64,000 nt of DNA from Patescibacteria group bacterium (GCA_041649715.1 JBAZMP010000002.1:132964-196963), one strand, 5' to 3'; shown: positions 50,355 to 58,972, counted from the stretch's first letter. Made by a program: numbers and translations. The notes: a model not told the origin generated them from the letters alone.

Positions 50355-50819
50355 ATGCGCGACCCGAAGCTTGAAACATCAGGAAAAATAATCGGCTTTT
50401 ATGAAAGGGAGTTTTATTGTTTTTCCAATTTTTCAAGTTTTAAAGTGGAGTGGCAGGGTAAAATCTGGATGACCTCGGAACATGCCTATCAGGCGGCCAG
50501 ATTCTTGAAAACCGCGCCGGCCATCGCGGAAGAGATTTATAAGGCCAGGTCCGCCCACGAAGCGAAAAAGATCATGGAAAGAAACCGGGCCAAAGAGGAG
50601 CCGAACTGGGAGACCAAGAAGGTTGGCGTGATGGAAGAAATATGCTCTAATAAACTCAAGCAGAACCCTTATATCCAAAAGAAGCTGCGGGAAACCGGAA
50701 CAAAAGATATTGTGGAGGATTCGCCGGTGGATGGTTTCTGGGGCTGGGGTCCTGATCGCAAAGGCAGAAATGAACTTGGGAAGATTTGGATGAGATTAAG
50801 AGAGAAACTGTCACCCTGA
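50355..50819 (+). CDS. NADAR-domain protein (YbiA-like; ADP-ribose / riboflavin-intermediate N-glycosidase family)
   Basis: FY...FSNF...F...WxTSEHAYQAxKF signature. Confidence 0.7.
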   Translation: MRDPKLETSGKIIGFYEREFYCFSNFSSFKVEWQGKIWMTSEHAYQAARFLKTAPAIAEEIYKARSAHEAKKIMERNRAKEEPNWETKKVGVMEEICSNKLKQNPYIQKKLRETGTKDIVEDSPVDGFWGWGPDRKGRNELGKIWMRLREKLSP

Positions 50820-50913
50820 GGTGCGGAGCCTCGAAGGGTGACGCCTGAAAAAAGGCACATTGTCTATGCTTCGAGACGCCCGCCGGGCTCCTCAGCATGA
50901 CAATGTGGGCTAG
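50808..50913. repeat. MITE-like element copy A (long imperfect inverted repeat, ~105 nt)
   Basis: Left arm ctgtcaccctgaggtgcggagcctcgaagggtgac, right arm ...cctcagcatgacaatgtgg. Confidence 0.6.
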
Positions 50914-51027
50914 CCTTTTGAGCCCGTGGTTTGGGGGGCGACGGAGATATCAAGATATTGTCCGCCCAAGGCGGATCCGCCTCTGGCGGAAGATGTCGAG
51001 AACTAGTTAAGTAAAAGGCTTACATTT

Positions 51028-51243
51028 ATGATAAAAAAGAATACCAAAGCCATTTTTCTTGACGGTGATTACAAAGGCGAATATGACTGGCAAGGAGGCA
51101 TCCCTCTTTTTGAAGGAGAAATTATGTCCGTCAAAGTTAAAGGGAAAGTGCTTCCTTACAAGTTAATTAAGAAGGAAGTTTCTTGTGAAGCAGAAAGCGA
51201 TGATCAGGTAATTGAGGCTGTTTATACTTTCAAACTGACATAA
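51028..51243 (+). CDS. Hypothetical 71-aa protein
   Basis: ORF sitting between repeat copies; weak. Confidence 0.3.
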   Translation: MIKKNTKAIFLDGDYKGEYDWQGGIPLFEGEIMSVKVKGKVLPYKLIKKEVSCEAESDDQVIEAVYTFKLT

Positions 51244-51311
51244 AAAACTTCTCGGGGTTTGGGGGAGGAAAAATAATTAACTAATATATTAATATTAAGG
51301 AGGCAAAATAT

Positions 51312-51896
51312 ATGACAAAAACAATCGAAAATTTAACTAAAGCGTTTATTGGCGAATCTCAAGCAAGGAACAGGTATACCATCTATGCGGCGCAAGCGAA
51401 AAAAGAGGGCTATGAACAATTAGCGGGAATTTTTGAAGAGACCGCCAATCAGGAGTTTGAGCATGGTGAGTGGAATTTCAAAATGCTCAAAGAATTGCTG
51501 GCCAAAGAAGGTTTAGGCATGCCGGAGCTAAAAGTGGAAGCCGGGGCGCCGACCACCTGGGGCAGCCTGATTGAAAACCTGCAAGGTGCGATCAAAGGGG
51601 AAAACTGGGAGCACACGACCATGTATCCGGAATTCGCGGAACAGGCCAAGAAAGACGGTTATCCGGAAGTGGCCAAGCGCTTACTTTCCATTGCCAAAGC
51701 GGAAGAGCATCATGAAGAAAGATATTTAAAGTACGTGAAAGTGCTGGAAGACGGCACGGTTTTCAAGAAAGAGAAAAAAGTCTGGTGGTACTGCCGCAAG
51801 TGCGGATACATGCATTTTGGCGAAGAAGCGCCGACGACTTGTCCGTCCTGTGGTCATGCGCAAGGGTTTTATCAGATGAAGTGTGAAGAGTACTAA
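51312..51896 (+). CDS. rbr: Rubrerythrin (ferritin-like di-iron domain + C-terminal rubredoxin-like domain)
   Basis: ExxH di-iron ligands and a C-terminal CxxC...CxxC. Confidence 0.85.
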   Translation: MTKTIENLTKAFIGESQARNRYTIYAAQAKKEGYEQLAGIFEETANQEFEHGEWNFKMLKELLAKEGLGMPELKVEAGAPTTWGSLIENLQGAIKGENWEHTTMYPEFAEQAKKDGYPEVAKRLLSIAKAEEHHEERYLKYVKVLEDGTVFKKEKKVWWYCRKCGYMHFGEEAPTTCPSCGHAQGFYQMKCEEY

Positions 51897-51903
51897 ATAG
51901 TAA

Positions 51904-52028
51904 CTGTCACCCTGAGGTGCGGAGCCTCGAAGGGTGACCCTTTAATAAGCTTCCGCTGTCTATACTTCGACACCTTCGCCCTTCGATGCCACTCAGGGCT
52001 CGGGCTCAGTATGACAGCGGACTAAGGA
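51904..52028. repeat. MITE-like element copy B
   Basis: Same arms as copy A. Confidence 0.6.
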
Positions 52029-52038
52029 GACAAACGAC

Positions 52039-52554
52039 ATGGCCAAGCTCTGGCGCTGCGAAATCTGCGGAGATTGCTATATCGGCGAAAAACCGCCGAC
52101 CAACTGCCCTTTTTGCGGAGCGCATCAAAAATATTTTAAGATCGCCAAAATAGCCAAGGCTAACTTTGACGTGAAGCTGAATGAAAAAGACCTGGCCAAC
52201 GCCGAACACGCCTTAGCCGTGGAAGTCTCCAATTTCACTTTCTATTTCTGCGCGGCCAAGAAAACGGATGATGAAGAAGGTAAGCTGTTATTCAAAGCTT
52301 TGGGCAAGGTGGAGCTGGAGCATGCGACAATCTGGAAGAAAATCTTAAAAAATGCCGCTATTCCGGCGGGCAATGACCAGTGCCATACGGCCAATAAGGA
52401 AAATCTTTCCGACTCGCACGCCCGAGAAACCAAGGCCATTGAATTTTATGCCAAAGCGGCCGGGGAATCGACAGACTCAAGGATCAAGCAGATTTTTGTC
52501 GCCTTAGTGGAAGTGGAGACGGATCATTTACACTTATCCGAGGAACGTTTATAA
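52039..52554 (+). CDS. Reverse rubrerythrin (N-terminal rubredoxin-like CxxC pair + ferritin-like domain)
   Basis: CEICGDCY...CPFCGA followed by ferritin-like helices. Confidence 0.75.
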   Translation: MAKLWRCEICGDCYIGEKPPTNCPFCGAHQKYFKIAKIAKANFDVKLNEKDLANAEHALAVEVSNFTFYFCAAKKTDDEEGKLLFKALGKVELEHATIWKKILKNAAIPAGNDQCHTANKENLSDSHARETKAIEFYAKAAGESTDSRIKQIFVALVEVETDHLHLSEERL

Positions 52555-52558
52555 TATA

Positions 52559-52665
52559 TTGTCACCCTGAGGTGCGGAGCCTCGAAGGGTGACGCTTTGA
52601 TAAATACTACTGCCATACTTCGAGGCACTTCGCTTTCGCTCGTGCACCTCAGTATGACAGTATGG
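52559..52665. repeat. MITE-like element copy C
   Basis: Same arms as copies A and B. Confidence 0.6.
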
Positions 52666-52711
52666 TAAAAACTTAACTTCTCAACAACTTAACAACTCAA
52701 CAACTAACAAC

Positions 52712-53092
52712 ATGACCCAACTCAAACAAATCTACAAATGCGCGGTTTGCGGAAATATCGTGGAAGTGGTCCATGACGGGGTCGGCCAGCTTGTTTGTTG
52801 CGGCCAGCCCATGGATTTATTGGAAGAAAAGACGGAAGATGCTGGTAAAGAAAAACATGTGCCGGTGATCGAGAATAAAGAAGGCAAAGTCTTGGTGAAA
52901 GTCGGCAGCATCCCGCATCCTATGGAAGAAAAGCATTTTATTGAATGGATCGAGCTGAATACGGATGGGGTGGTCCGACGGAAATTCTTAAAACCAGGGG
53001 ACAAGCCGGAAGCGGAATTCTGCGTCTGCGACGCTAAGGAATTGTCAGCCCGGATTTACTGCAACGTGCACGGACTCTGGAAGAATATATAA
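52712..53092 (+). CDS. dfx: Desulfoferrodoxin (2Fe superoxide reductase)
   Basis: N-terminal desulforedoxin CAVCGN...CCG and the SOR centre (HVPV...HPMEEKH...CNVHGLW). Confidence 0.85.
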   Translation: MTQLKQIYKCAVCGNIVEVVHDGVGQLVCCGQPMDLLEEKTEDAGKEKHVPVIENKEGKVLVKVGSIPHPMEEKHFIEWIELNTDGVVRRKFLKPGDKPEAEFCVCDAKELSARIYCNVHGLWKNI

Positions 53093-53110
53093 ATAAACAA
53101 TTTTAAGAAT

Positions 53111-53875
53111 ATGGAAACTCAGCCTATTTATAAATATATTTGGTTTGGAACTTGTCTTCGTTTTCTTCAAGACGTAACTTCAAATACAAAAATTCATGGA
53201 GATGGACTAGTTCTAGCTAATATTAATGGATTTTTAGAATATTTAGATATATTAGGATTGATAGTTACAAAAAGAGCTTCAGCTAAATTAGTTCAGTTTA
53301 AAAAAGAAATAGAAAACTTGCCAACCCATTCCAATTTAACTGTTGATCAAGCAGTTAAGTTAAGAGGTTTAATGGATAGTATACGTAATACGCTAAGTGC
53401 AGAGGCGGAAGGAGTTTTGATTTTTGTAGTAACATCTAAAAGATTAGATGTGAATAAGTTGCTCAATGAAGTTTCTAATCTTTTTGCTCCGGATGTTTTT
53501 AAAAATTTACCAGATGTTGCTCGCTTTGATTTTAATGAAGCAGGTAAATGTATAGCTTTTTATAGGCCCACTGCCGCCGCTTTTCATTTATTAAGAGGCA
53601 CAGAGGCAATGTTGAGGGAGTTTTATTGTAGATTGATTAAACAAAAGCGTCTCAAAGAACTTTTGTGGGGTCCAGTAGTGGATAACCTAAGGTTGCGTCA
53701 GAAAACAAAAAAATATGATACATTGTATAATAATTTAGATAATATACGTCTTTCATTCAGAAATCCGACACAGCATCCAGAAAAAGTTTATGATATTGAT
53801 GAAGCACAAGATCTTTGGTCATTATGCATTGATGTTGTAAATAGAATGTCTAAAATATTAATGGAAAATTCATAA
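53111..53875 (+). CDS. AT-rich hypothetical protein with an Rx4H (HEPN-like) motif; possible Abi-type RNase
   Basis: RNPTQH near the C-terminus at the start of a predicted helix. Composition sharply below that of dnaG, which begins 1 nt after its stop. Confidence 0.35.
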   Translation: METQPIYKYIWFGTCLRFLQDVTSNTKIHGDGLVLANINGFLEYLDILGLIVTKRASAKLVQFKKEIENLPTHSNLTVDQAVKLRGLMDSIRNTLSAEAEGVLIFVVTSKRLDVNKLLNEVSNLFAPDVFKNLPDVARFDFNEAGKCIAFYRPTAAAFHLLRGTEAMLREFYCRLIKQKRLKELLWGPVVDNLRLRQKTKKYDTLYNNLDNIRLSFRNPTQHPEKVYDIDEAQDLWSLCIDVVNRMSKILMENS

Positions 53876-55681
53876 ATGCCAGATTCGCAAGTAGACGAAA
53901 TAAAACAGCGTCTTAATATCGCCGAAGTTATTGGCGAATACATCAAGTTGACGCCGGCGGGGACGAATTTTAAGGCGAGGTGCCCGTTTCACAACGAAAA
54001 GACGCCTTCTTTTATGGTCTCTACCGATAAGCAGATCTGGCATTGCTTCGGCTGCGACAAAGGCGGGGACATTTTCACTTTTGTCCAGGAGATCGAAGGA
54101 GTCGATTTTCCGGAAGCCCTGGGGATTTTGGCCAAAAAAGCCGGCGTAAAACTGGTCGCCCGGAATCCTCTCGTGGCCAGTCAGAAGACGAAGCTTTTGG
54201 AAATCATAAAATGGGCGGCTGCTTATTATTACAAAACATTGCTGGATTCGCCGCGGGCGGATAAGGCCCGCGCCTATCTGAAAAGCCGGGGAGTGAGCGA
54301 AGAGATGATCGATGATTTTAAATTAGGCTACGCCCTTATGGATTGGGAAAACCTGAATAATTTTTTGAAGAAGAAGGGCTATGCCGAAGAGGATATCTTT
54401 TTGGCCGGCCTGACCATCAAAAAAGAAAGAGGGGTGGGTTTTTATGACCGTTTCCGCGGCCGCCTTCTTTTTCCCATTGCCAATGTTCACGGCGAGATCA
54501 TCGGTTTTTCCGGCCGCCTTATCGAACAAGAGGAAGGCAAGGAAATGGCCAAATATATCAATACACCCAATACTTTGGTCTATAACAAAAGCCAGGTCCT
54601 TTTCGGGCTGGATAAGGCCAAGACCGCGATCAAAGAAAACAAATTGGCGATTTTGGTGGAGGGGAACATGGATGTCTTGTCTTCTTATCAGGCGGGAGTG
54701 AAAAACGTGGTCGGTTCTTCGGGTACGGCTTTGACCGCGGAACAGGTGGGCCTTTTAAAACGTTACAGCCCGAACTTCGCTTTTTGTTTTGACACGGATG
54801 CGGCCGGCCAGCAGGCGACGTTAAGGGGCCTGGAGGAGGTTTTTAAACAGGGAGTGAATATCAAGATTATTGAACTGCCTTTTGGCAAGGATCCGGACGA
54901 ATGCATCAAAAAAGACAAAGATTTATGGGTGAAAGCGGCGCAAGAAGCGAAATCAGTGATGGAATATTATTTTTCCCTGGCGGAGAAAAAATTTGATTTT
55001 ACCCAGCTGGAAGATAAAAAAGAGGCGGCCAAATTGCTTCTTTCTTTGATTTCCAAACTGACCGATTCCATCGAACAGACACATTATCTGCAGAAACTAA
55101 GCGGTTTGATCCGGGTGGAAGAGAATATTCTGCGTGACAGCCTGAACAAAATTATCAGGCAGAAGAAATATTCTTCCGAGGGCGGAACGGAAGGAGCCAA
55201 GCCCTTTGCGCCTAAGAACAAGGAGAAAAATTTAATGCTCAGCGAGATGATCCTAGGGCTGGGCCTAAAGTTCAGTCAAGAACTGCCCCACATCATAAAC
55301 AGCTTAAAAGCCGAGGCGGTCCATGATTCTCTCCACTCTCTTTACAAAAGACTGATAATTTATTATAATCAGAAGCACGAGCTAAATTTAGAGGAATTCA
55401 GGTCTGAAGCGCGGGAGGCGGATCCTGATTTTGGCCAAAAAATTGATTATTTACTTCTTTTGGCGGAAAAAGAGCTTGCCGAAGAGCCGGATGAAAAATG
55501 GCTGGAAAACGAAAGAAAAGAAATGGTTAAATCATTGAATAAAGAACATATCACCGGCCAGATCAAAGAGCTTAGTTTAAAAATAAAAGAGTCGGAAAAA
55601 ATGCAGGATAAGGCGTCATTAGTCCAATTATATCAGGAATTCAGCCAATTAACCGAAGAATTAAAAAATCTTCGCTCTTAA
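53876..55681 (+). CDS. dnaG: DNA primase DnaG
   Basis: CHC2 zinc finger (CPFHNEKTPSF...WHCFGCDKGG), RNAP core and TOPRIM. Confidence 0.9.
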   Translation: MPDSQVDEIKQRLNIAEVIGEYIKLTPAGTNFKARCPFHNEKTPSFMVSTDKQIWHCFGCDKGGDIFTFVQEIEGVDFPEALGILAKKAGVKLVARNPLVASQKTKLLEIIKWAAAYYYKTLLDSPRADKARAYLKSRGVSEEMIDDFKLGYALMDWENLNNFLKKKGYAEEDIFLAGLTIKKERGVGFYDRFRGRLLFPIANVHGEIIGFSGRLIEQEEGKEMAKYINTPNTLVYNKSQVLFGLDKAKTAIKENKLAILVEGNMDVLSSYQAGVKNVVGSSGTALTAEQVGLLKRYSPNFAFCFDTDAAGQQATLRGLEEVFKQGVNIKIIELPFGKDPDECIKKDKDLWVKAAQEAKSVMEYYFSLAEKKFDFTQLEDKKEAAKLLLSLISKLTDSIEQTHYLQKLSGLIRVEENILRDSLNKIIRQKKYSSEGGTEGAKPFAPKNKEKNLMLSEMILGLGLKFSQELPHIINSLKAEAVHDSLHSLYKRLIIYYNQKHELNLEEFRSEAREADPDFGQKIDYLLLLAEKELAEEPDEKWLENERKEMVKSLNKEHITGQIKELSLKIKESEKMQDKASLVQLYQEFSQLTEELKNLRS

Positions 55682-55722
55682 GCTAACTAAAATCCCAAAG
55701 GTAAGTTAGGTATTTTTACTTT

Positions 55723-56910
55723 ATGTCCAGGCAGGCAAAAAAGAAGAATAAATCAAAAAAATCTTTTAATAAAAAAAAGGCCGCTAAACCAAGAAAGACG
55801 CCGAAAGAGAAGTATCTAAAGGCGGATTTTCCCCGGGAAAAAATCGAAGATTTGATCAATAAGGGCCGTTCGCGCGGTTTTATCACCGAGACGGAGGTTC
55901 TTTATGTTTTGCCGGATTTAGAGGATTATTTGTTGGAATACGAGCAATTGATGGATAAATTTGAAAATCTCGGCATTGTCATCGTGGAATCGCCGACCTC
56001 TATTTTAGCGACAAAAAAAGAAAAGGAAGAATACCAGGAAAAATTCGGGCACGGGAAGGACGCCCGCCGTTTTGACCTGGGCGACATTTCCGATGATTCC
56101 ATCCAGATGTATTTAAGGGAAATCGGCAAAGTCCATCTTTTAAAGACGGAAGAAGAGGTCAGTCTGGCCAAAAGGAAGGAAAAGGGGGACATGGAAGCGC
56201 AAAAAAAACTCGTGGAAGCGAATTTGCGTTTAGTGGTGTCCATCGCCAAAAAATTTACCGGCCGTTCATTGTCCCTGTTGGATTTGATTCAGGAGGGCAA
56301 TATCGGTTTATTCCGGGCCGTGGAAAAATTTGATTATCGCAAGGGCTATAAATTTTCCACTTATGCCACCTGGTGGATCAGGCAGGCGATCACCCGGGCG
56401 CTGGCCGATCAATCCCGCACCATCCGTATTCCCGTTCATATGGTGGAGACGATAAATCGTTTCCAGCAGGTGGAAAGACAATTGATTCAGGATCTGGGCC
56501 GCGAGCCCCTGCCGGAAGAGATTGCCGCCGAAATGGGCGAACCGGTGGAAAAAATCCGCCACATCATCAATATTTCCCAGGATACTGTCTCTTTGGAAAC
56601 CTCGGTGGGCGACGAAGAAGAAGATTCCACTTTGGGTGACTTTATCGAAGACGTAAAAACCATCACGCCGGACCGGGTGGCCGCTTTACAACTCCTGAAG
56701 GATCACGTAAAAGATATTATCAAGGAATTGACCCCCCGCGAGCAGAAGATATTGGAAATGCGTTTTGGATTGCTTGACGGCGTGGCCCATACCTTGGAGG
56801 AAGTAGGCAAGGAATTCGGGGTGACTCGCGAAAGGATCCGCCAGATCGAGGCCAAGGCTTTGGAGAGAATCCAGGAACATCACGGGATGAGAAAGCTGAA
56901 GGATTACTAA
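55723..56910 (+). CDS. rpoD: RNA polymerase sigma factor RpoD (sigma-70)
   Basis: Region 2 ([13 protein letters not shown]), regions 3 and 4, and the classic dnaG-rpoD linkage. Confidence 0.9.
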   Translation: MSRQAKKKNKSKKSFNKKKAAKPRKTPKEKYLKADFPREKIEDLINKGRSRGFITETEVLYVLPDLEDYLLEYEQLMDKFENLGIVIVESPTSILATKKEKEEYQEKFGHGKDARRFDLGDISDDSIQMYLREIGKVHLLKTEEEVSLAKRKEKGDMEAQKKLVEANLRLVVSIAKKFTGRSLSLLDLIQEGNIGLFRAVEKFDYRKGYKFSTYATWWIRQAITRALADQSRTIRIPVHMVETINRFQQVERQLIQDLGREPLPEEIAAEMGEPVEKIRHIINISQDTVSLETSVGDEEEDSTLGDFIEDVKTITPDRVAALQLLKDHVKDIIKELTPREQKILEMRFGLLDGVAHTLEEVGKEFGVTRERIRQIEAKALERIQEHHGMRKLKDY

Positions 56911-56936
56911 TAATTAGTACCCAAAGCTCCGCGATA

Positions 56937-57008
56937 GCTCAATGGTAGAGCAACCGGCTGTTAACCGGTAGGTTGTCGGTCCGAATCCGACTCGCGGAGC
57001 TTTGGGTA
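56937..57008 (+). tRNA. tRNA-Asn-like gene (anticodon GTT) with an atypical T-loop (UCCGAAU: C at position 55)
   Basis: Cloverleaf tccgcga / ta / gctc-aatggta-gagc / accgg-ctGTTaa-ccggt / aggtt / gtcgg-tccgaat-ccgac / tcgcgga-g. U1-A72 as in E. coli tRNA-Asn. Confidence 0.55.
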
Positions 57009-57039
57009 TTTTATTTATTTATGGTATCCCTGGTTGCCG

Positions 57040-57232
57040 CTGCAACCGGGACCCCGGCGCGAAGCGCCAGGGGGAGCAGCCGGCTGTTAACCGGTAGAGT
57101 CTGTCCTGAGTGGCAACGAAGGATTGTCGGTCCTGCGCCCGAGGCGCACCCGCCTTGGGCGGGGAATCCGACTCGCCCCGTACCAAAGCGCTTGCGCTTT
57201 GGTACGGGGCTCGCGGAGCTGGCGAGATTATT
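57040..57232 (+). repeat. Degenerate duplicate of the 56937 tRNA (D-loop to 3' acceptor), interrupted by four GC-rich hairpin insertions
   Basis: Colinear blocks atggta...ggagcagccggctgttaaccggtag...ttgtcggtcc...gaatccgactcgc...ctcgcggagct with intervening perfect hairpins. One of them (cccgtaccaaagcgcttgcgctttggtacgggg) is flanked by a duplicated ctcgc. Confidence 0.6.
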
Positions 57233-57257
57233 TTTTTGTCGTCTAGCCAGAATTAAA

Positions 57258-57282
57258 AAGCCCCTTTTAGCAAAAGGGGCCT
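57258..57282. terminator. Bidirectional hairpin (gcccctttt-agc-aaaaggggc)
   Basis: Perfect 9-bp stem just past the stop of the minus-strand gene 57296-57622. Confidence 0.5.
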
Positions 57283-57295
57283 AGTTTTTGGGGGA

Positions 57296-57622
57296 TTATG
57301 CTCCCAATATCTGATGACGAGGCAAGAGCTTTTTCAGGAGAGCAGGCGTCGCATTTTCCAGCTGGAAAGCCTGGCGGAAAGGTTTCGCAATCTTGGGGTG
57401 AAAAAGGCTCAAGACTTCTTCCAGACTGCCTTCTCTTCGGGTTCCCCCGTGCTCGGGATCTTGAGCGATGGCCACGAAAGATTTTTCTTGCCGGGTGATG
57501 GAGATGGTAAGGCAAGGTTCCAGATTCCAGAGGGTATATTCCTCGATTTCGACCACTTGGCCGTTTATTACCTGGATGGTATCCGGTGGCAGTTTTGCCC
57601 TATCGGCTAATCCTGGTTCCAT
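57296..57622 (-). CDS. Hypothetical 108-aa protein
   Basis: GAGGAGG Shine-Dalgarno 5 nt upstream of the ATG on the minus strand; a promoter and palindromic operator lie upstream. Confidence 0.5.
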   Translation of the reverse strand: MEPGLADRAKLPPDTIQVINGQVVEIEEYTLWNLEPCLTISITRQEKSFVAIAQDPEHGGTRREGSLEEVLSLFHPKIAKPFRQAFQLENATPALLKKLLPRHQILGA

Positions 57623-57692
57623 ATTTCCTCCTCTCGAGTTTGGGCGGAAAGAACGAATTTATAAGGTATCTAGATGTTATTAAAATAAGATA

Positions 57693-57716
57693 CATTTGTC
57701 AATATCTTGACAAATG
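57693..57716. promoter_or_regulatory. Perfect 10-4-10 palindrome CATTTGTCAA-TATC-TTGACAAATG overlapping the -35 (TTGACA) of the promoter for the 57622 gene; putative repressor operator
   Basis: Perfect dyad symmetry. Confidence 0.45.
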
Positions 57717-57746
57717 CGGCTCATTTGCTCTAAGATGTAATTACTT

Positions 57747-57803
57747 ATGAAACTTGCGAAGCAAAATCTGAATAACAATAATAACCGTCTTTTGGCCGGG
57801 TGA
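57747..57803 (+). CDS. Putative 18-aa leader peptide MKLAKQNLNNNNNRLLAG (6 Asn codons), overlapping a 9-bp stem and followed by a terminator-like hairpin
   Basis: ORF read by eye. No convincing Shine-Dalgarno, so confidence is low. Attenuator-like alternative stems at 57793-57860. Confidence 0.2.
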   Translation: MKLAKQNLNNNNNRLLAG

Positions 57804-57970
57804 GTTTCATTTAATTTGTAATTATGAGGAAACCCGGCCAAATGAGCCGGTTTTTTTGTTTATAGCCGGGCGCCGCGCTCAGGGGTAGTTGAGCTGGTAC
57901 CCCGCATAACTCACTGTGTTCGTATGCGGGGCAGGCAACGCCGGTAATATATTTTAATGATTATTCCAGC

Positions 57971-58043
57971 TCTCCTGTAGTTTAATTGGTAAAACGCTGC
58001 ACTGTTAATGCAGAGATTGGAGGTTCGAGTCCTCCTGGGAGAG
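57971..58043 (+). tRNA. tRNA-Asn (anticodon GTT), canonical
   Basis: tctcctg / ta / gttt-aattggta-aaac / g / ctgca-ctGTTaa-tgcag / agatt / ggagg-ttcgagt-cctcc / tgggaga-g. Very close to E. coli tRNA-Asn. Confidence 0.85.
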
Positions 58044-58294
58044 CTGGGATAATCATTGTAGCACTGCTTGTCCCGTAGGAACAGAAAGCGACTTACGGGA
58101 TTAATGCGGAGACCGCTGGTTCGAATCCAGCCCCCTGAGCGCGGCGCCAGTGTTTCGTCTGTCCGTCGAAACCCTGAAAGGGTGAAGGCGGAAGCCCACC
58201 TGGAGGAGCCAAATATTATTTAAATATTTGGTAGAAAAGAAAAACGCCCCACGAAGCGACAATTGTTTTGTGCTTTGTCGGGCGTGTACTGAGA

Positions 58295-58510
58295 TCAGGC
58301 TTGTGCCTTCCCCTTTCTTTTTTCTTTGTATTCGTCGAGGTTTTCGGCGAGAAATACCCACTTTTCTTCGCCTGTATTTATGATGCCCCCAGATTCTTTG
58401 CGATAAACCGCTTTACAGGCCTTGCATGCTTTTACTCTTCCGAATCCTCCGCAACCGCCGCTTTCGAGATGTTCCCAATCACTTTTTCCACACTTTGGGC
58501 AAAATTCCAT
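58295..58510 (-). CDS. Small zinc-ribbon protein (71 aa; CPKC...CKAC)
   Basis: GGGAGGG Shine-Dalgarno ahead of the ATG; two CxxC pairs. Confidence 0.5.
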   Translation of the reverse strand: MEFCPKCGKSDWEHLESGGCGGFGRVKACKACKAVYRKESGGIINTGEEKWVFLAENLDEYKEKRKGKAQA

Positions 58511-58698
58511 GATTTACCCTCCCTTCAATTAGTTACAGTTAGGTGAATTCCATATCTAATGTACAGTTAATATGTAAATTTATTATATCTACATTAATTT
58601 GTCAAGTTCCCGCAGCTCGGCGCCTTTAGTTGACAAGTCTTATTAACCAAATTAAAATAGTTAATCAAGATAAGCCTTTTTTATTCAAAGGAGTGGTC

Positions 58699-58935
58699 AT
58701 GTCAAAAAAGAAAAATAGGGGAAGTCTCCAAAAGCTTGGCGGTACGATCGGCAGCCGGAAACACGGGAAAAGCGGCCATGTTCATAATGAACAGCATTTT
58801 ACAGGCACGAAGGCCGGGAAAAGGCAGCGCCGAAACCGGAGAAAGAGCAAAAAGGGAAGCGAGGCTTTTTCTCTCACGCGCAAGGAAAGGCACGCCAAGA
58901 GAAGAACGCACGTGAACAAATACCGGACAAATTAA
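58699..58935 (+). CDS. Extremely basic 78-aa protein (Lys/Arg/His-rich with no hydrophobic core); probable nucleic-acid binder
   Basis: AAAGGAG Shine-Dalgarno; a terminator follows immediately at 58942-58972. Confidence 0.4.
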   Translation: MSKKKNRGSLQKLGGTIGSRKHGKSGHVHNEQHFTGTKAGKRQRRNRRKSKKGSEAFSLTRKERHAKRRTHVNKYRTN

Positions 58936-58941
58936 TTCCGG

Positions 58942-58972
58942 ACCGCTGGCTCTTGCCGTCAGCGGTTTTTTC
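58942..58972 (+). terminator. Rho-independent terminator (accgctg...cagcggt + T-run)
   Basis: Seen directly in the sequence. Confidence 0.55.

Noticed and set aside
56937-58043. Suspicion that two tRNA-Asn(GTT) calls 1 kb apart were a parsing error
   Set aside because: Independent cloverleaf folding supports both. The second closely resembles E. coli tRNA-Asn and the first is atypical (C55), so both are reported, with lower confidence for the first.
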